A stretch of 64,000 bases of DNA from Squalus acanthias (Eukaryota). The stretch spans positions 138,944,001-139,008,000 of the forward strand of contig CM059431.1 in the NCBI GenBank assembly GCA_030390025.1. The letters run 5' to 3'. The notes under the pieces were generated by a model. That model searched no databases and was not told the DNA's origin. It saw only the letters and a program-made list of their open reading frames with translations. This document shows positions 63,320 through 64,000 of the stretch, piece by piece. A program made the translations under genes and the position numbers. The first letter of the stretch is position 1. Each line of letters opens with the position of its first letter.

Positions 63320-64000
63320 CATCGGATTACATCGGATATACAGGCGCAGTAACGGGCCATTCGGCCCAAACAGGCTATGCCGTCTTTAATGCTCCTCTCG
63401 AGCCCCCTCCCGCCTTTCCTCATCGAAATCGATCAGCATAATCCTCTATTCCCTTCTCCCTCATATGCTTGTCTAGCCTCCCCTTAAATGCATCTATACT
63501 TTTCACTTCAACCACTCCCTGTGGCAGCGAGTTCCACATTCTCGCCACTCTTTGGGTAAAGAAGTTTTTTCTTAATTCCATGTTGGATTGCTTGGTGACT
63601 ATCTTATATTGATGGCCTTTAGTTATGATCCTCCCAAAAGAGTGGATACAGAGAGAATGTTTCCACTTTCAAAAGCTTTCATAATTTTAAATACCTCTAT
63701 TGGGTCACCCCTCAGCCTTTTTTCAAGGAAAATGAGACCCTGTTCATCCTTTCCTGATATGTATACCCTCGCAATGCTGGTATCATCCTTGTAAATCATC
63801 TCTGCACCCTCTCCAGTGCCTCTATATCCGTTTTATAACCTGGCGACCAGAACTGTACGCAGTACTGCAAGTGTGGTCTAACCAAGCTTCGATACAGGTT
63901 TAGCATAACTTCCTTACTTTTTAATTCTATACCTCTAGAAATAAAAAAAAACAAACCAAGAACTAGGGTTTAAGGCCTTGCTAACCAGTGTCGCAACTTC
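63320..64000 (-). mobile_element. CR1 3' fragment running off the window end
   Basis: Reverse complement of [17 protein letters not shown] sequence and 3' UTR. Confidence 0.8.

Overview
Eukaryotic, transposon-dense DNA, most likely from a shark or other elasmobranch (HE1/V-SINE-like and DeuSINE-like SINEs, abundant CR1 LINEs). Host genes: (1) the 3' end of an NLR/NLRP-like gene on + (2530-4781), built from a tandem array of phase-2 171-bp LRR exons whose introns are near-identical but whose exposed beta-strand codons are hypervariable; (2) three disabled GPR139-like class A GPCR paralogues (one on -, two on +), arranged with mirrored flanking blocks that suggest an old inverted duplication. 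Mobile DNA: an apparently intact autonomous Harbinger (DDE transposase plus a 3-exon Myb/SANT gene, with TIRs) and several related MITEs; a decayed LTR element with a fusion-glycoprotein-like env in the unusual order env-LTR-PBS(tRNA-Asn); a solo LTR with a 6-bp TSD whose U3 has expanded into a 2.4-kb 65-bp satellite; a 5' LTR with a tRNA-Leu PBS; many CR1, L2 and Penelope fragments. There are also two tRNA pseudogenes and several minisatellites. All calls were made by eye from sequence and translation; no database searches were run, and TE boundaries without a TSD or TIR are approximate.
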